NCBI GenBank assembly: GCA_052389415.1
Contig: JBQTHX010000019.1
Location: forward strand, 1 to 41,055
DNA: 41,055 nucleotides
Direction of reading: 5' to 3'
Source of the DNA: Nitrosopumilaceae archaeon
GTDB taxonomy: Archaea; Thermoproteota; Nitrososphaeria; Nitrososphaerales; Nitrosopumilaceae
The notes beneath the pieces were generated by a model. It was not told where the DNA came from. It saw nothing but the letters and a program-made list of their open reading frames with translations, and searched no databases. Position 1 is the first letter of the stretch. Every line of letters begins with the position of its first letter. Below are positions 18,261 to 27,701 of the stretch, one piece after another. A program made the translations under genes and the position numbers.

Positions 18261-19328
18261 TTGGGTAAAAAGATTAGAATAGCAATAGCTGGTGTTGGGA
18301 ATTGCGCTTCTGCTCTGATTCAGGGAGCTCATTATTACTCAAAAAATCCACAAGACACTGTGGGTTTGACTGCTTACAATATTGGGGGATATGAGCCTGG
18401 CGATATTGAAGTAGTTGCAGCGTTTGATGTTGGTGACACTAAGGTGGGAAAGGATCTTTCTGAAGCTATTTACGCAAGACCAAATAATACAGTTACTGTA
18501 GCAGAGGTTCCAAAGATTGGTGTTACTGTTCAAAAAGGCCCAACTCTTGATGGAGTAGGACGTCATCTTAGCCAGATTGTAACTGTATCTAAAGAACCTG
18601 ATGTTGATGTAAAAAAAGTACTTCAAGACACTGGTGCGGAGATGCTCGTTAACTATCTGCCTGTGGGAAGTACAAACGCAGTAAGAAATTATGCTGCGAA
18701 AGCTCTAGAAGCAGGAATTGGATTTTTAAATGCTATTCCAGTCTTTATCGCATCAGAATCAAAATGGCAGCAAACCTTTGCTGATAAAAAACTCCCACTT
18801 GCAGGAGATGATGTTATGAGTCAGCTTGGTGCTACTGTAGTACACAAAACTCTTGTGAAGCTCTTTGTCGACAGGGGAGTTTTGGTTGATGGAACATATC
18901 AGCTTAACATAGGTGGTGACATGGACTTTTACAATATGCTTGATGAAGAAAGACTAGAAGACAAAAGAATCAGCAAGACAAGCGCAGTAAAGGCAATGGC
19001 TGATTATGATATTCCAATGAGAATTGGCCCAAGTGATTATGTTGATTTTATTGACAATGAAAAGATTTGTTACATAAACATAGAAGGAAAATACTTTGGA
19101 AAGATTCCCATTAAACTTGATCTCAAACTCAAAGTTATAGACGCATACAACAGTGCTGGAATCATGATTGATGCTATTCGTGGCCTCAAGATTGCACTTG
19201 ACAGGAAACTATCAGGTCCAATGACTAGCATCTCCTCATATTGCTTTAAACATCCTCCTATACAAATGCCCTATACCGAAGCTAAGAAGGCATTTCTGGA
19301 GTTTGTAGAAGGAAAGCGAGACAGGTAA
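18261..19328 (+). CDS. ino1: myo-inositol-3-phosphate synthase
   Basis: IAIAGVGNCASALIQG, KVGKDLSEAI, NYLPVGS, GDD..SQLGAT..H, QLNIGG..DF.NM, IGPSDYV, NSAG..IDAIR, FKHPP; TTG 18261 likely start. Confidence 0.95.
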   Translation: MGKKIRIAIAGVGNCASALIQGAHYYSKNPQDTVGLTAYNIGGYEPGDIEVVAAFDVGDTKVGKDLSEAIYARPNNTVTVAEVPKIGVTVQKGPTLDGVGRHLSQIVTVSKEPDVDVKKVLQDTGAEMLVNYLPVGSTNAVRNYAAKALEAGIGFLNAIPVFIASESKWQQTFADKKLPLAGDDVMSQLGATVVHKTLVKLFVDRGVLVDGTYQLNIGGDMDFYNMLDEERLEDKRISKTSAVKAMADYDIPMRIGPSDYVDFIDNEKICYINIEGKYFGKIPIKLDLKLKVIDAYNSAGIMIDAIRGLKIALDRKLSGPMTSISSYCFKHPPIQMPYTEAKKAFLEFVEGKRDR

Positions 19329-19444
19329 AACCAAAGTGTAGATTAAATCAACAATGAATTTGAAGCCGCATTGCAATAATTGTTAGCCTAGTCAATGAAA
19401 CTTGTCAATATTTGGTTATTTCATATATGCTGGCATCGATTTTA

Positions 19445-22400
19445 TTGGTTCATATAAAAAAGGTAGAGATATTTGGATTCAAGTCTTTTGGATATAAAAA
19501 TACCATAGTGAACTTAGAACCAGGCCTTGTCGCAATCTCTGGACCAAACGGGTCAGGAAAGAGTAACATTCTTGATGCTATAACATTTGCGCTAGGAGAA
19601 AACTCACCAAAAATAATGAGAGTGGACAAATTACGTTCTTTACTTCATGACGTTGAAAACAAACATCATGGAACAAAGATTGCTCGTGTAAGTTGTCACT
19701 TTGATAATGTCGACAGAAAAATTCCTGTAGATGCCAATACCGTTACAATAACTAGAGAAATGGATGAGGGAGGAGAAAACATCTATTATTTGAATCAAAA
19801 AAAGATGCAACGAAATCATATACTTGATCTTCTCGAGGTTGCAAATGCAGGTATCCACAAGCTAAACATTGTACAACAAGGCACCATTACAAGAATTTCC
19901 GAGTTTAATGCTGAAGAACGTCGAAAGATAATTGAGGATATCATTGGACTGGCATATTTTGACGAAAAAAAGACAGAATCCCTAAAACAGCTTGATGAAG
20001 CAGACAGAAGATTGGAAATTGCGCTTGCTAGAATGGATGAAATAAAAAAGCGCATAGATGAACTGGAAGCGGAAAGGAATCATCAATTGAGATATGTCTA
20101 TCTAGATCGTGAGCTAGGCAGATTTCATGCTATTCAGGCTTCAAACAAGTTGCGTGAGATAGAATCGCAAAAAGTATCAAAAGAAAGGAATCTGCATGCT
20201 ATCATATCTGACACCAAGAAACTGGAAGAACAACGAGACCAGATAAAAGAGGAGATCAAAAAACTTGAAGAGGAAAAGCAAAAGTTCATGGAGGAAGTAA
20301 ATGCATATAATATTGCAAAAGCTGCGATCGATTCCGAGCTTACAGTCGCCATGCAATCATCTGAACAAGCAAATAGTAAGATGATTACAAACACGCGAAG
20401 ACTGGGTCAAATAGATGGAAGATTACCAGAGATTGAAACTGAATTGACATCATTACATGAAAAACGAACTCTATTAGAATCACAAATCATGCAACTAAAA
20501 GAATCCATCAAATTAATTGATGAAACAAAAAGATCTACTAATTCGGAGCTAGCCTTGGTTGACTCAGAAATTCATCAAGTTCTGAAACAACAGTCACAAG
20601 CTGCAACAAACAGAATAAAAGTAGACGATAAAATAAAAAATCTAACAAAGACACTCAATGATGCAAAACTTTCATTATCAAAAATAGAGTCAGAAAGGAC
20701 AGACATTGAAAGCAAAATTAACCAAAACGAAGAAAAAATTAAATCATTTGCAACAGAAAAAGAAAAACTATTAGATCTAGAGCAAAAACTACGAATTGTA
20801 AGAGCTGGACATGAAGCAACAATTAACGAACTAAAATCAAGACTAGCAAGCATGACAGAAAAGTATTCAAAGACCGAGAAAGACATTGAAGAAAACTCTT
20901 TAATTTTAGAAAAAGCCAGCAAGACTGCTGCGGAACACGAGACAAAAATTCGTGTTGTAAAAGATGTAATGCACGAAGACTATTCTATAGCAAAGCTCAA
21001 GGAAGATTCTAAACGATTGGGAATTCAGGGACTTGTCTATGAGGTTCTATCTTGGGATAAACAATACGAAAGACCCATCTTGGCTGTAGGCTCTGAATGG
21101 TTAAAGGCGCTAGTAGTAAATGATTTTGGTACCTTGCTTGGACTGGCTGAATTTACTCAAGAAAGGAAGCTGCCAAAGATTAAGATAATTCCGCTGGATG
21201 CAATTCCGAATTCCAAGATTGATCCTCCAAGTGAGGTAGGAGTTGTAGGTGTAATGTCTGATTACATTAAATGTGATGACAAATTTGTTGCACTCAAAAA
21301 CTTTGTCTTTGGAAACATCATTCTTGTTGATTCTAAAGAATCTGCCTACATCCTGTCAAAAAAGGGCTACAAAGCAGTAACTACGGATGGCCAATTTTTT
21401 GAAGCAGACGCAAACGCTGTAGTTGTGGATATTAACTCAAAGATATCAAAACTTACCAAAATAATTTTACTTAGCACATCAGTTGATGAAATAATCCAAG
21501 CCTTGGGGTTACTTAAAAAATTCATCCAAGAGAAAAAATCAAAACTCAAAAAAATCGAACGAATCAAAAAAAATCTCGAGGAAAGATATCATGCTTCAGA
21601 AAGTGGTCTGACCAATGTTGACTTGCATTTAACTGACATCAGAGCCAAAACAAAATCAATTACTATTACTGAATCTCAATTATTATCAAGAATTTCACAA
21701 CTCAAACGGCATGATCAAAGTCTTATGACTAATGCAGCAAAGATAGAATCGTATGTTTCTTCATTAGAAGAGCGCATTACAGTTACAAAAGAGAACTATG
21801 CAGAAGAAGAGCAATCTAGAATTGCAAACAAACTTGCAACGCTAAATGACAGAAAATCCAACCTTTTGAGTGAACAAACCTCGATTCTAAGTCAGATTAG
21901 AGAATATACTGCTAATCTGACAGAACTTGCAAACAATGAAAATACTGTAAAATCAAACATGAGGACTCTTCATGAAGAACAATCTAGATTAAATCATGAA
22001 AAAAACGATCTTGAAGTAGAACTTCGCGCAATGTCAAAAGAAAAGGAAACGGCAGATACTATTCTTGTATCTCTGAGGGAAAAGGAACAACAACTAATCT
22101 CTACATCAGGAACCTCAGTTTCTACACTGAAAGAATACGACATTAAGCTAAAGGAGCTATATGATAGTGAAAAATCTCTTACAAAAGAAATCAATACTCT
22201 GGAAAGGCAATCAGATTCACTTTCTCGTGATGTGCACGACCTTACAGAGAACGAAGTTAAGATTAGGACTACCCTAAGATCCTATGGTTATGATGAACTT
22301 TTGGAAACATTTGATGTAGATCAAATACTGGTAAGGCTCGAGGCAGAAAAAAAGGGTTTGAGCGGAACCTTGAATACAAAAGCTCCAGAAGCGTATGTTG

Positions 22401-22969
22401 AGATATCAAATGGTTACAGATCCATGTCAACAAGAAAAAATGAACTTGAAGAAGAAAGGAATTCAATTGTAAAATTCATCGAAGAAATCGACAAAGACAA
22501 ACGACAAACATTCTTGGAAGCATACGACAGAGTTGATCAAGACATACGAAAAGTTTTCAATACAATGACAGGTGGCAATGCATGGCTTGAAATTCAAAAT
22601 GAAGACGACATATTCAATTCAGGAATATCGTATTTGATACAATTTCCAAATAAGCAAAAAAGAGAATCAACTTCAATTAGCGGCGGTGAAAAGACTCTTG
22701 CTGCAATCACATTCCTCTTGGCATTGCAGACATTAAAACCATCGCCGTTTTATCTGCTTGATGAAGTAGATGCACATCTTGATGCACTAAATACAGAACG
22801 CCTCTCAAAAATACTTGTAGAGCGTTCTATTGGTAACCAGATTATAATGGTCACCTTGAAGGACTCTACTGTACAAAAGGCTCAGCTAATTTATGGCGTT
22901 TATCCAAAGAACGGTGTTTCCCAAGTTGTCGTCTACAAACATTCTGACGCACAACAAGTTGCTAATTAG
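19445..22969 (+). CDS. smc: chromosome segregation protein SMC
   Basis: GFKSF, GPNGSGKSNI.DAI, Q-loop VQQG, coiled coils with central hinge, SGGEK, LLDEVDAHLD; TTG 19445 likely start. Confidence 0.97.
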   Translation: MVHIKKVEIFGFKSFGYKNTIVNLEPGLVAISGPNGSGKSNILDAITFALGENSPKIMRVDKLRSLLHDVENKHHGTKIARVSCHFDNVDRKIPVDANTVTITREMDEGGENIYYLNQKKMQRNHILDLLEVANAGIHKLNIVQQGTITRISEFNAEERRKIIEDIIGLAYFDEKKTESLKQLDEADRRLEIALARMDEIKKRIDELEAERNHQLRYVYLDRELGRFHAIQASNKLREIESQKVSKERNLHAIISDTKKLEEQRDQIKEEIKKLEEEKQKFMEEVNAYNIAKAAIDSELTVAMQSSEQANSKMITNTRRLGQIDGRLPEIETELTSLHEKRTLLESQIMQLKESIKLIDETKRSTNSELALVDSEIHQVLKQQSQAATNRIKVDDKIKNLTKTLNDAKLSLSKIESERTDIESKINQNEEKIKSFATEKEKLLDLEQKLRIVRAGHEATINELKSRLASMTEKYSKTEKDIEENSLILEKASKTAAEHETKIRVVKDVMHEDYSIAKLKEDSKRLGIQGLVYEVLSWDKQYERPILAVGSEWLKALVVNDFGTLLGLAEFTQERKLPKIKIIPLDAIPNSKIDPPSEVGVVGVMSDYIKCDDKFVALKNFVFGNIILVDSKESAYILSKKGYKAVTTDGQFFEADANAVVVDINSKISKLTKIILLSTSVDEIIQALGLLKKFIQEKKSKLKKIERIKKNLEERYHASESGLTNVDLHLTDIRAKTKSITITESQLLSRISQLKRHDQSLMTNAAKIESYVSSLEERITVTKENYAEEEQSRIANKLATLNDRKSNLLSEQTSILSQIREYTANLTELANNENTVKSNMRTLHEEQSRLNHEKNDLEVELRAMSKEKETADTILVSLREKEQQLISTSGTSVSTLKEYDIKLKELYDSEKSLTKEINTLERQSDSLSRDVHDLTENEVKIRTTLRSYGYDELLETFDVDQILVRLEAEKKGLSGTLNTKAPEAYVEISNGYRSMSTRKNELEEERNSIVKFIEEIDKDKRQTFLEAYDRVDQDIRKVFNTMTGGNAWLEIQNEDDIFNSGISYLIQFPNKQKRESTSISGGEKTLAAITFLLALQTLKPSPFYLLDEVDAHLDALNTERLSKILVERSIGNQIIMVTLKDSTVQKAQLIYGVYPKNGVSQVVVYKHSDAQQVAN

Positions 22970-23055
22970 ATGATCTGAAATGATTATTCTCATGCATTTG
23001 ACTTGATGGTATTGCCTCACAAGGAATAAAATACAAGCCGACGAAAACCTACAAC

Positions 23056-23883
23056 TCAGTGCATTCTAATTTCCTTATCTTTGTATAGATTATTTGGATC
23101 TGGATCAGATATGGCATCAATCAAAGCTTGGGTGTATGGATGTTTAGGAAGCAAAAGCACATCTTCTATAGGCCCATCTTCTACAATCTTTCCTAAATGC
23201 ATGATGGCAATATTTTGTCCAAGATACCTAGCAGTCGATAAATCATGTGTTATGTAAAGATAAGAGATGCCGTGTTTTTGTTGCAGTTCACGCATCAGCT
23301 CCAACACTTCCACTCTAATTGAAACGTCAAGCATAGATACCGGCTCATCTGCAATTATCAACTTTGGTTTTAAAACAAGAGCTCTGGCTAGTACCACTCT
23401 TTGTCGTTGTCCTCCTGACAGCATGTGTGGATATTTGTTAAAAATGTCTTCAGCTGGTTCTAGCTTTACTTCATGTAATGCCTCCAAAACCATCTTCTTT
23501 CTTTCATCTTTTGTTCCGATTTTATGAATCTCAAGAGGCTCCATTATGATGTCTGATACCTTCATTCTAGGATCTATTGATGCATAAGGATCCTGATGTA
23601 TCATTTGACACTGTGTTCTTATCTTTTCTAGACTTTTAACATCTTTACTTATCTCTTCACCATCAAAAAAAATTCTGCCAGAATCTGGTTCTATTGCTCT
23701 TAGAATGAGTCTTGCCGTTGTTGATTTTCCAGAACCTGATTCCCCTGCCAACACAAGAACCTCTCCTTTTCTCAATGAAAATGAAATATTGTCTACAGCT
23801 TTGTCAACCCTGCCTGAAGAAGAAAAAATTCCCTTTTTGGTAAAGTGTTTTGTCAAGTTTTGTACTGATAGAATTTCGTCCAA
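23056..23883 (-). CDS. oligopeptide/dipeptide ABC transporter ATPase (OppF/DppF-like)
   Basis: GESGSGKST, QDPYAS, LSGGQRQR, ADEPVSMLD, HPYT.AL. Confidence 0.93.
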   Translation of the reverse strand: MDEILSVQNLTKHFTKKGIFSSSGRVDKAVDNISFSLRKGEVLVLAGESGSGKSTTARLILRAIEPDSGRIFFDGEEISKDVKSLEKIRTQCQMIHQDPYASIDPRMKVSDIIMEPLEIHKIGTKDERKKMVLEALHEVKLEPAEDIFNKYPHMLSGGQRQRVVLARALVLKPKLIIADEPVSMLDVSIRVEVLELMRELQQKHGISYLYITHDLSTARYLGQNIAIMHLGKIVEDGPIEDVLLLPKHPYTQALIDAISDPDPNNLYKDKEIRMH

Positions 23884-23933
23884 TAATAGTAATTGAAGTA
23901 TAAACTATATCAAGAAATCTCTTTGTTTTTCAA

Positions 23934-24869
23934 TTATTCATAAAGGAAACACTTCACGTAACCAGAATCTGTTTTATAATTTGGCACATCTTTTTTGCAT
24001 TTCTCCATAGCTTGGGAACATCTTTCAAGGAATCTGCATCCTTTAGGTGGGTTTATCAAACTTGGGGGAGTACCTTTGATGTAATTTGTTACCTTGTCCC
24101 CTCTTAATCTAGGAATTGACTTCAAAAGACCTTGTGTATATGGATGCTTTGGGTTTTTGTAAATTTCAGATGCAGTTCCAAATTCAATCATCTCCCCAGC
24201 ATACATTATCCCAATTTTTTCTGCAATTTCAGAAATTATGGCAAGATCATGAGTGATCAGCATTACTGACATGCCATTTTTTTTCAATTTTTTTAACAAA
24301 TTGATTATCTGTGCCTGAACAAGGACGTCAAGCGCAGTTGTTGGCTCATCAGCTATGACAAATTTTGGTTTTAAGATTAATGCCATGGCAATTACAATTC
24401 TTTGTTTCATACCTCCACTTAGCTCGTGTGGATATCTTTTGAGGACATCTTGCGGTAGCCCTACTGAATCTATCATTTCTGATATTTTTTGTTTATAATC
24501 TCCTTCAAAATGATGTTGTTTTAGAACCTCAACAAATTGTTCTTCAATGGTAAAAACTGGATCCAAAGAATTCATGGCCCCTTGGAAAACCATTGAGATG
24601 TCTTTCCATCTGATATTTTTTGCAAATTCTAATTTTGACATTTTTAAAATTGATTTTCCATCTAGTTTGATATCGCCAGACATCGTGCTGTGTTCAGGAA
24701 TTGTTCTCATGATCGAAAGTCCAAGTGTGCTCTTTCCACAGGCACTTTCACCTGCTATGCCGATAGATTCACCACATTCTAAAGAAAAACTTACGCCATC
24801 AACAGCTTGAACTGTTCCCCTTGACGTATAATAAGTAGTTTTTAGATTTTCAACAGAGATCAAAGTCAT
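23934..24869 (-). CDS. oligopeptide/dipeptide ABC transporter ATPase (OppD/DppD-like)
   Basis: GESACGKST, YPHELSGGMKQR, ADEPTTALD, HPYT.GL, C-terminal GC.F..RC...C...C. Confidence 0.93.
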   Translation of the reverse strand: MTLISVENLKTTYYTSRGTVQAVDGVSFSLECGESIGIAGESACGKSTLGLSIMRTIPEHSTMSGDIKLDGKSILKMSKLEFAKNIRWKDISMVFQGAMNSLDPVFTIEEQFVEVLKQHHFEGDYKQKISEMIDSVGLPQDVLKRYPHELSGGMKQRIVIAMALILKPKFVIADEPTTALDVLVQAQIINLLKKLKKNGMSVMLITHDLAIISEIAEKIGIMYAGEMIEFGTASEIYKNPKHPYTQGLLKSIPRLRGDKVTNYIKGTPPSLINPPKGCRFLERCSQAMEKCKKDVPNYKTDSGYVKCFLYE

Positions 24870-25026
24870 GGATAATTTTAGAACGCTGAACTAAATGTAG
24901 GTTTTGGAGGAAGGGGTTATATTCTAGTTTTAGTAAGCTAAAAAAACTGATTTACATGAACCCAATCAATATTTTTGATGCAAAGAATGATCTTGTATGG
25001 AGTTTGAATAGATAACTTGTGATTTT

Positions 25027-26316
25027 ATGGATTTCAAAAGAACCCACTACATTGGACAGCTTGATTCATCGATGGAAGGAAAGAAGATACAGGTCGGAGG
25101 TTGGGTCGAGGATATCAGAGAACTAGGAAAACTGACATTTCTCACACTTCGTGATGTGACAGGTGTGGCACAAATAGTTCTTGTTGGGGAAGAATCTCTC
25201 AAGCAGATAAAAGGATTGACAAGACAAAGCGTCATAAGGGTGTCTGGTATAATTCAACAATCAAAGGCACGAGACTTTCCTTTTGAAATAAAATCTGATA
25301 AAGTAGATATTCTCACTATGGCAATACAGCCTCTTCCCATTGATCCAATAGGGCGCCTTGAAAGTAATATTGATAATAGATTAAATGCACGTGCCCTTGA
25401 TTTACGAAACCAAAAAACAGCGGCAATATTCAAGATTCGACATCACGCACTTGCTTCAATTAGGAAAACTCTAACAGAGAAGAACTTTCTTGAAGTGAAT
25501 ACTCCCAAACTTATTGGAAGCGCAAGCGAGGGTGGTGCAAATCTTTTCTCACTTAAATATTTTGAAAAACAAGCCTATCTTGCACAGAGTCCACAATTGT
25601 ACAAGGAACAGCTTACAATCGGTCTTGAAAGGGTTTTTGAAATTGCTTCATATTATAGAGCTGAAAAATCACATACAGTAAGACACCTAACTGAATTTAC
25701 TAGCGTGGATATTGAGGCAGCCTTTATGGATTATTCTGACGTCATGGATGTTTTGGAATCGGTCATTACTAATGTCTTTGTGGATACATCAAAAAATTGT
25801 ACAGTTGAACAAAAAACCCTTGATATTGAGAGCAAAAAACCTTCTACACCTTTTGAAAGAATTACTTACAGCAAAGCAATTGAAGAGCTAGTACGAGATG
25901 ACATTAAACTCGAATCAGGAGATGATTTGCAAGACGCCCACCTTCGAAAATTGGGAGAAAGACATCCTGGATTTTATTTTCTGACTGATTGGCCTATGAA
26001 ACTAAAACCATTTTACATTCATGAAAAAGACGATGATCACACACTGTCACGTTCATTTGATCTTCAATTTGGATACCTTGAACTGTCATCAGGTGGCACG
26101 CGTCTGCATGATCCTGCAAAGCTAAGATCAAGGTTGATAGAACAGGGTCTAAATCCCGCCCAATTTGAAGATCATCTTAAAGCGTTTGATTGGGGTATGC
26201 CACCGCACTCTGGTTGGGGTTTGGGTCTAGATAGGTTGATGTCAGTACTTACAAATATTGATAATGTAAGAGAAGTTGTCTTGTATCCGCGTGATCCGGA
26301 GAGGCTCTTTCCATAA
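25027..26316 (+). CDS. aspS: archaeal-type aspartate--tRNA ligase (probably non-discriminating Asp/Asn)
   Basis: OB-fold GWV..R..G..FL.LRD.TG, SEGGA..F, LAQSPQLYK, RAE.S.T.RHL.EF, ELSSG..R, GMPPH.GWGLG.DR. Confidence 0.96.
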   Translation: MDFKRTHYIGQLDSSMEGKKIQVGGWVEDIRELGKLTFLTLRDVTGVAQIVLVGEESLKQIKGLTRQSVIRVSGIIQQSKARDFPFEIKSDKVDILTMAIQPLPIDPIGRLESNIDNRLNARALDLRNQKTAAIFKIRHHALASIRKTLTEKNFLEVNTPKLIGSASEGGANLFSLKYFEKQAYLAQSPQLYKEQLTIGLERVFEIASYYRAEKSHTVRHLTEFTSVDIEAAFMDYSDVMDVLESVITNVFVDTSKNCTVEQKTLDIESKKPSTPFERITYSKAIEELVRDDIKLESGDDLQDAHLRKLGERHPGFYFLTDWPMKLKPFYIHEKDDDHTLSRSFDLQFGYLELSSGGTRLHDPAKLRSRLIEQGLNPAQFEDHLKAFDWGMPPHSGWGLGLDRLMSVLTNIDNVREVVLYPRDPERLFP

Positions 26317-26349
26317 AAGGATAAATCAAATTTTACCTCTATCAATTTA

Positions 26350-26688
26350 TTGCAAAAATGTGAGTTTTGTGGATCACAGTTTGGAGAACGCAGGTGTTAT
26401 TTTTGTGGTAAACAATGCTGTACTTCATGTATGACAGATGACAGAAGCAGATGCAAACGTTGCTATGTAAACAAGAGAAAGCTTGGTTGGAAAGTTTTAA
26501 GGCGAAACAAAATTTTGCTTGGATTCATTGCGTTTGTATGGATTTATGCAGTGTATCCTATCCCATTAGTTCCTGGATTAGATCCAACATTTTACTGGAT
26601 TACACTTTTTGCAGCAATCTTGTTTATGATTCCCGCAGGATTGATGATATTTTTTTGGTCTCGAAATCCGCCTGCATCAGACATTTAG
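26350..26688 (+). CDS. Cys-rich Zn-finger membrane protein
   Basis: Four CxxC pairs followed by two TM helices. Confidence 0.78.
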   Translation: MQKCEFCGSQFGERRCYFCGKQCCTSCMTDDRSRCKRCYVNKRKLGWKVLRRNKILLGFIAFVWIYAVYPIPLVPGLDPTFYWITLFAAILFMIPAGLMIFFWSRNPPASDI

Positions 26689-27701
26689 CCAAGTCTAGAA
26701 ATAACTTCTTGTGTAAATTCCTGCGTAGTCCTATCTCCACCGATGTCTTTTGTTTTTATCCCTTGTTTTACGACACCGTATACAGAAGATTCTAGTTTAT
26801 TTGATATTTCAGCACATCTCTTATCGTTATTTTTTTGTCCTAACCAATCAAACATCATCTTTGCTGAAAGAATGAAAGAGGAAGGATTTGCAGCTTGTTT
26901 TCCAGCGATATCAAACGCCGCTCCATGAACTGGTTCAAATAAAGCAAAATCATCCCCAATGTTTGCAGCTGGTGCCATCCCAAGTCCTCCTACCACTTGA
27001 GCTGCTTCATCAGATAAAATATCTCCAAACAAGTTTGTTGTTACTATGACGTCAAAATATTCTGGTTGTCTAATGAGATTCATTGCACAAGCATCCACGT
27101 ACATTTGTTCAAAACTTATCAGGGGAAATTGTTTTGCAACCTCACTACACGATCGTGCAAAAAGACCATCTGTCTTTCTCATCACGTTTGATTTGTGTAC
27201 ACAAGTAACTCTCATCTTCTGATTCCGTTGTGTTGCAGTCAATAATGCGTATCTTGCTATCCTTTTTGATGCACTTTCAGAGATTGTACGTAAAGCAATA
27301 GCTGTATCTTCGATCTCAAACTCTCTGCCAGTATAGAGATCCTCTGTGTTTTCTCTTACTATGACTAGGTCTATGTTGTCCTTTAGTGCAGGCATGTTTG
27401 GATAAGATTTGGCAGGCCTAATGTTTGCATATAGATTAAGAATCCTTCTTAAAACAACAATTACATCTGCTGCACTTTCTCCGACTGGTGCCTTCAAGCA
27501 CGCGTCTGATCTTCTGATGGTATCTAATGTTTCTTCTGGTAAAGCTTTTCCTGTTTTTGCTAATGCTTTGTCACCAGCTTCAAGTTTTTTTATCTCGATT
27601 TTTAGATTAAGTTTATCATTTATTGTTTCTAAAACTTTAATGATTGATTCTGATATCTCAGGCCCTATGCCATCTCCTGTTATGAGAGAAATTTTATACA
27701 T
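26685..27701 (-). CDS. leuB: 3-isopropylmalate dehydrogenase (IDH/IPMDH family)
   Basis: GDGIGPEI, LYANIRP, RENTEDLY, HKSNV, NLFGDILSD, EPVHGAAFDIAG; downstream of leuA. Confidence 0.88.
   Translation of the reverse strand: MYKISLITGDGIGPEISESIIKVLETINDKLNLKIEIKKLEAGDKALAKTGKALPEETLDTIRRSDACLKAPVGESAADVIVVLRRILNLYANIRPAKSYPNMPALKDNIDLVIVRENTEDLYTGREFEIEDTAIALRTISESASKRIARYALLTATQRNQKMRVTCVHKSNVMRKTDGLFARSCSEVAKQFPLISFEQMYVDACAMNLIRQPEYFDVIVTTNLFGDILSDEAAQVVGGLGMAPAANIGDDFALFEPVHGAAFDIAGKQAANPSSFILSAKMMFDWLGQKNNDKRCAEISNKLESSVYGVVKQGIKTKDIGGDRTTQEFTQEVISRLG

Noticed and set aside
22978-23030. C/D-box sRNA after smc (ATGATTA...TTGA-CT-TGATGG...)
   Set aside because: Boxes are degenerate and there is no terminal CTGA D box at the expected spacing.
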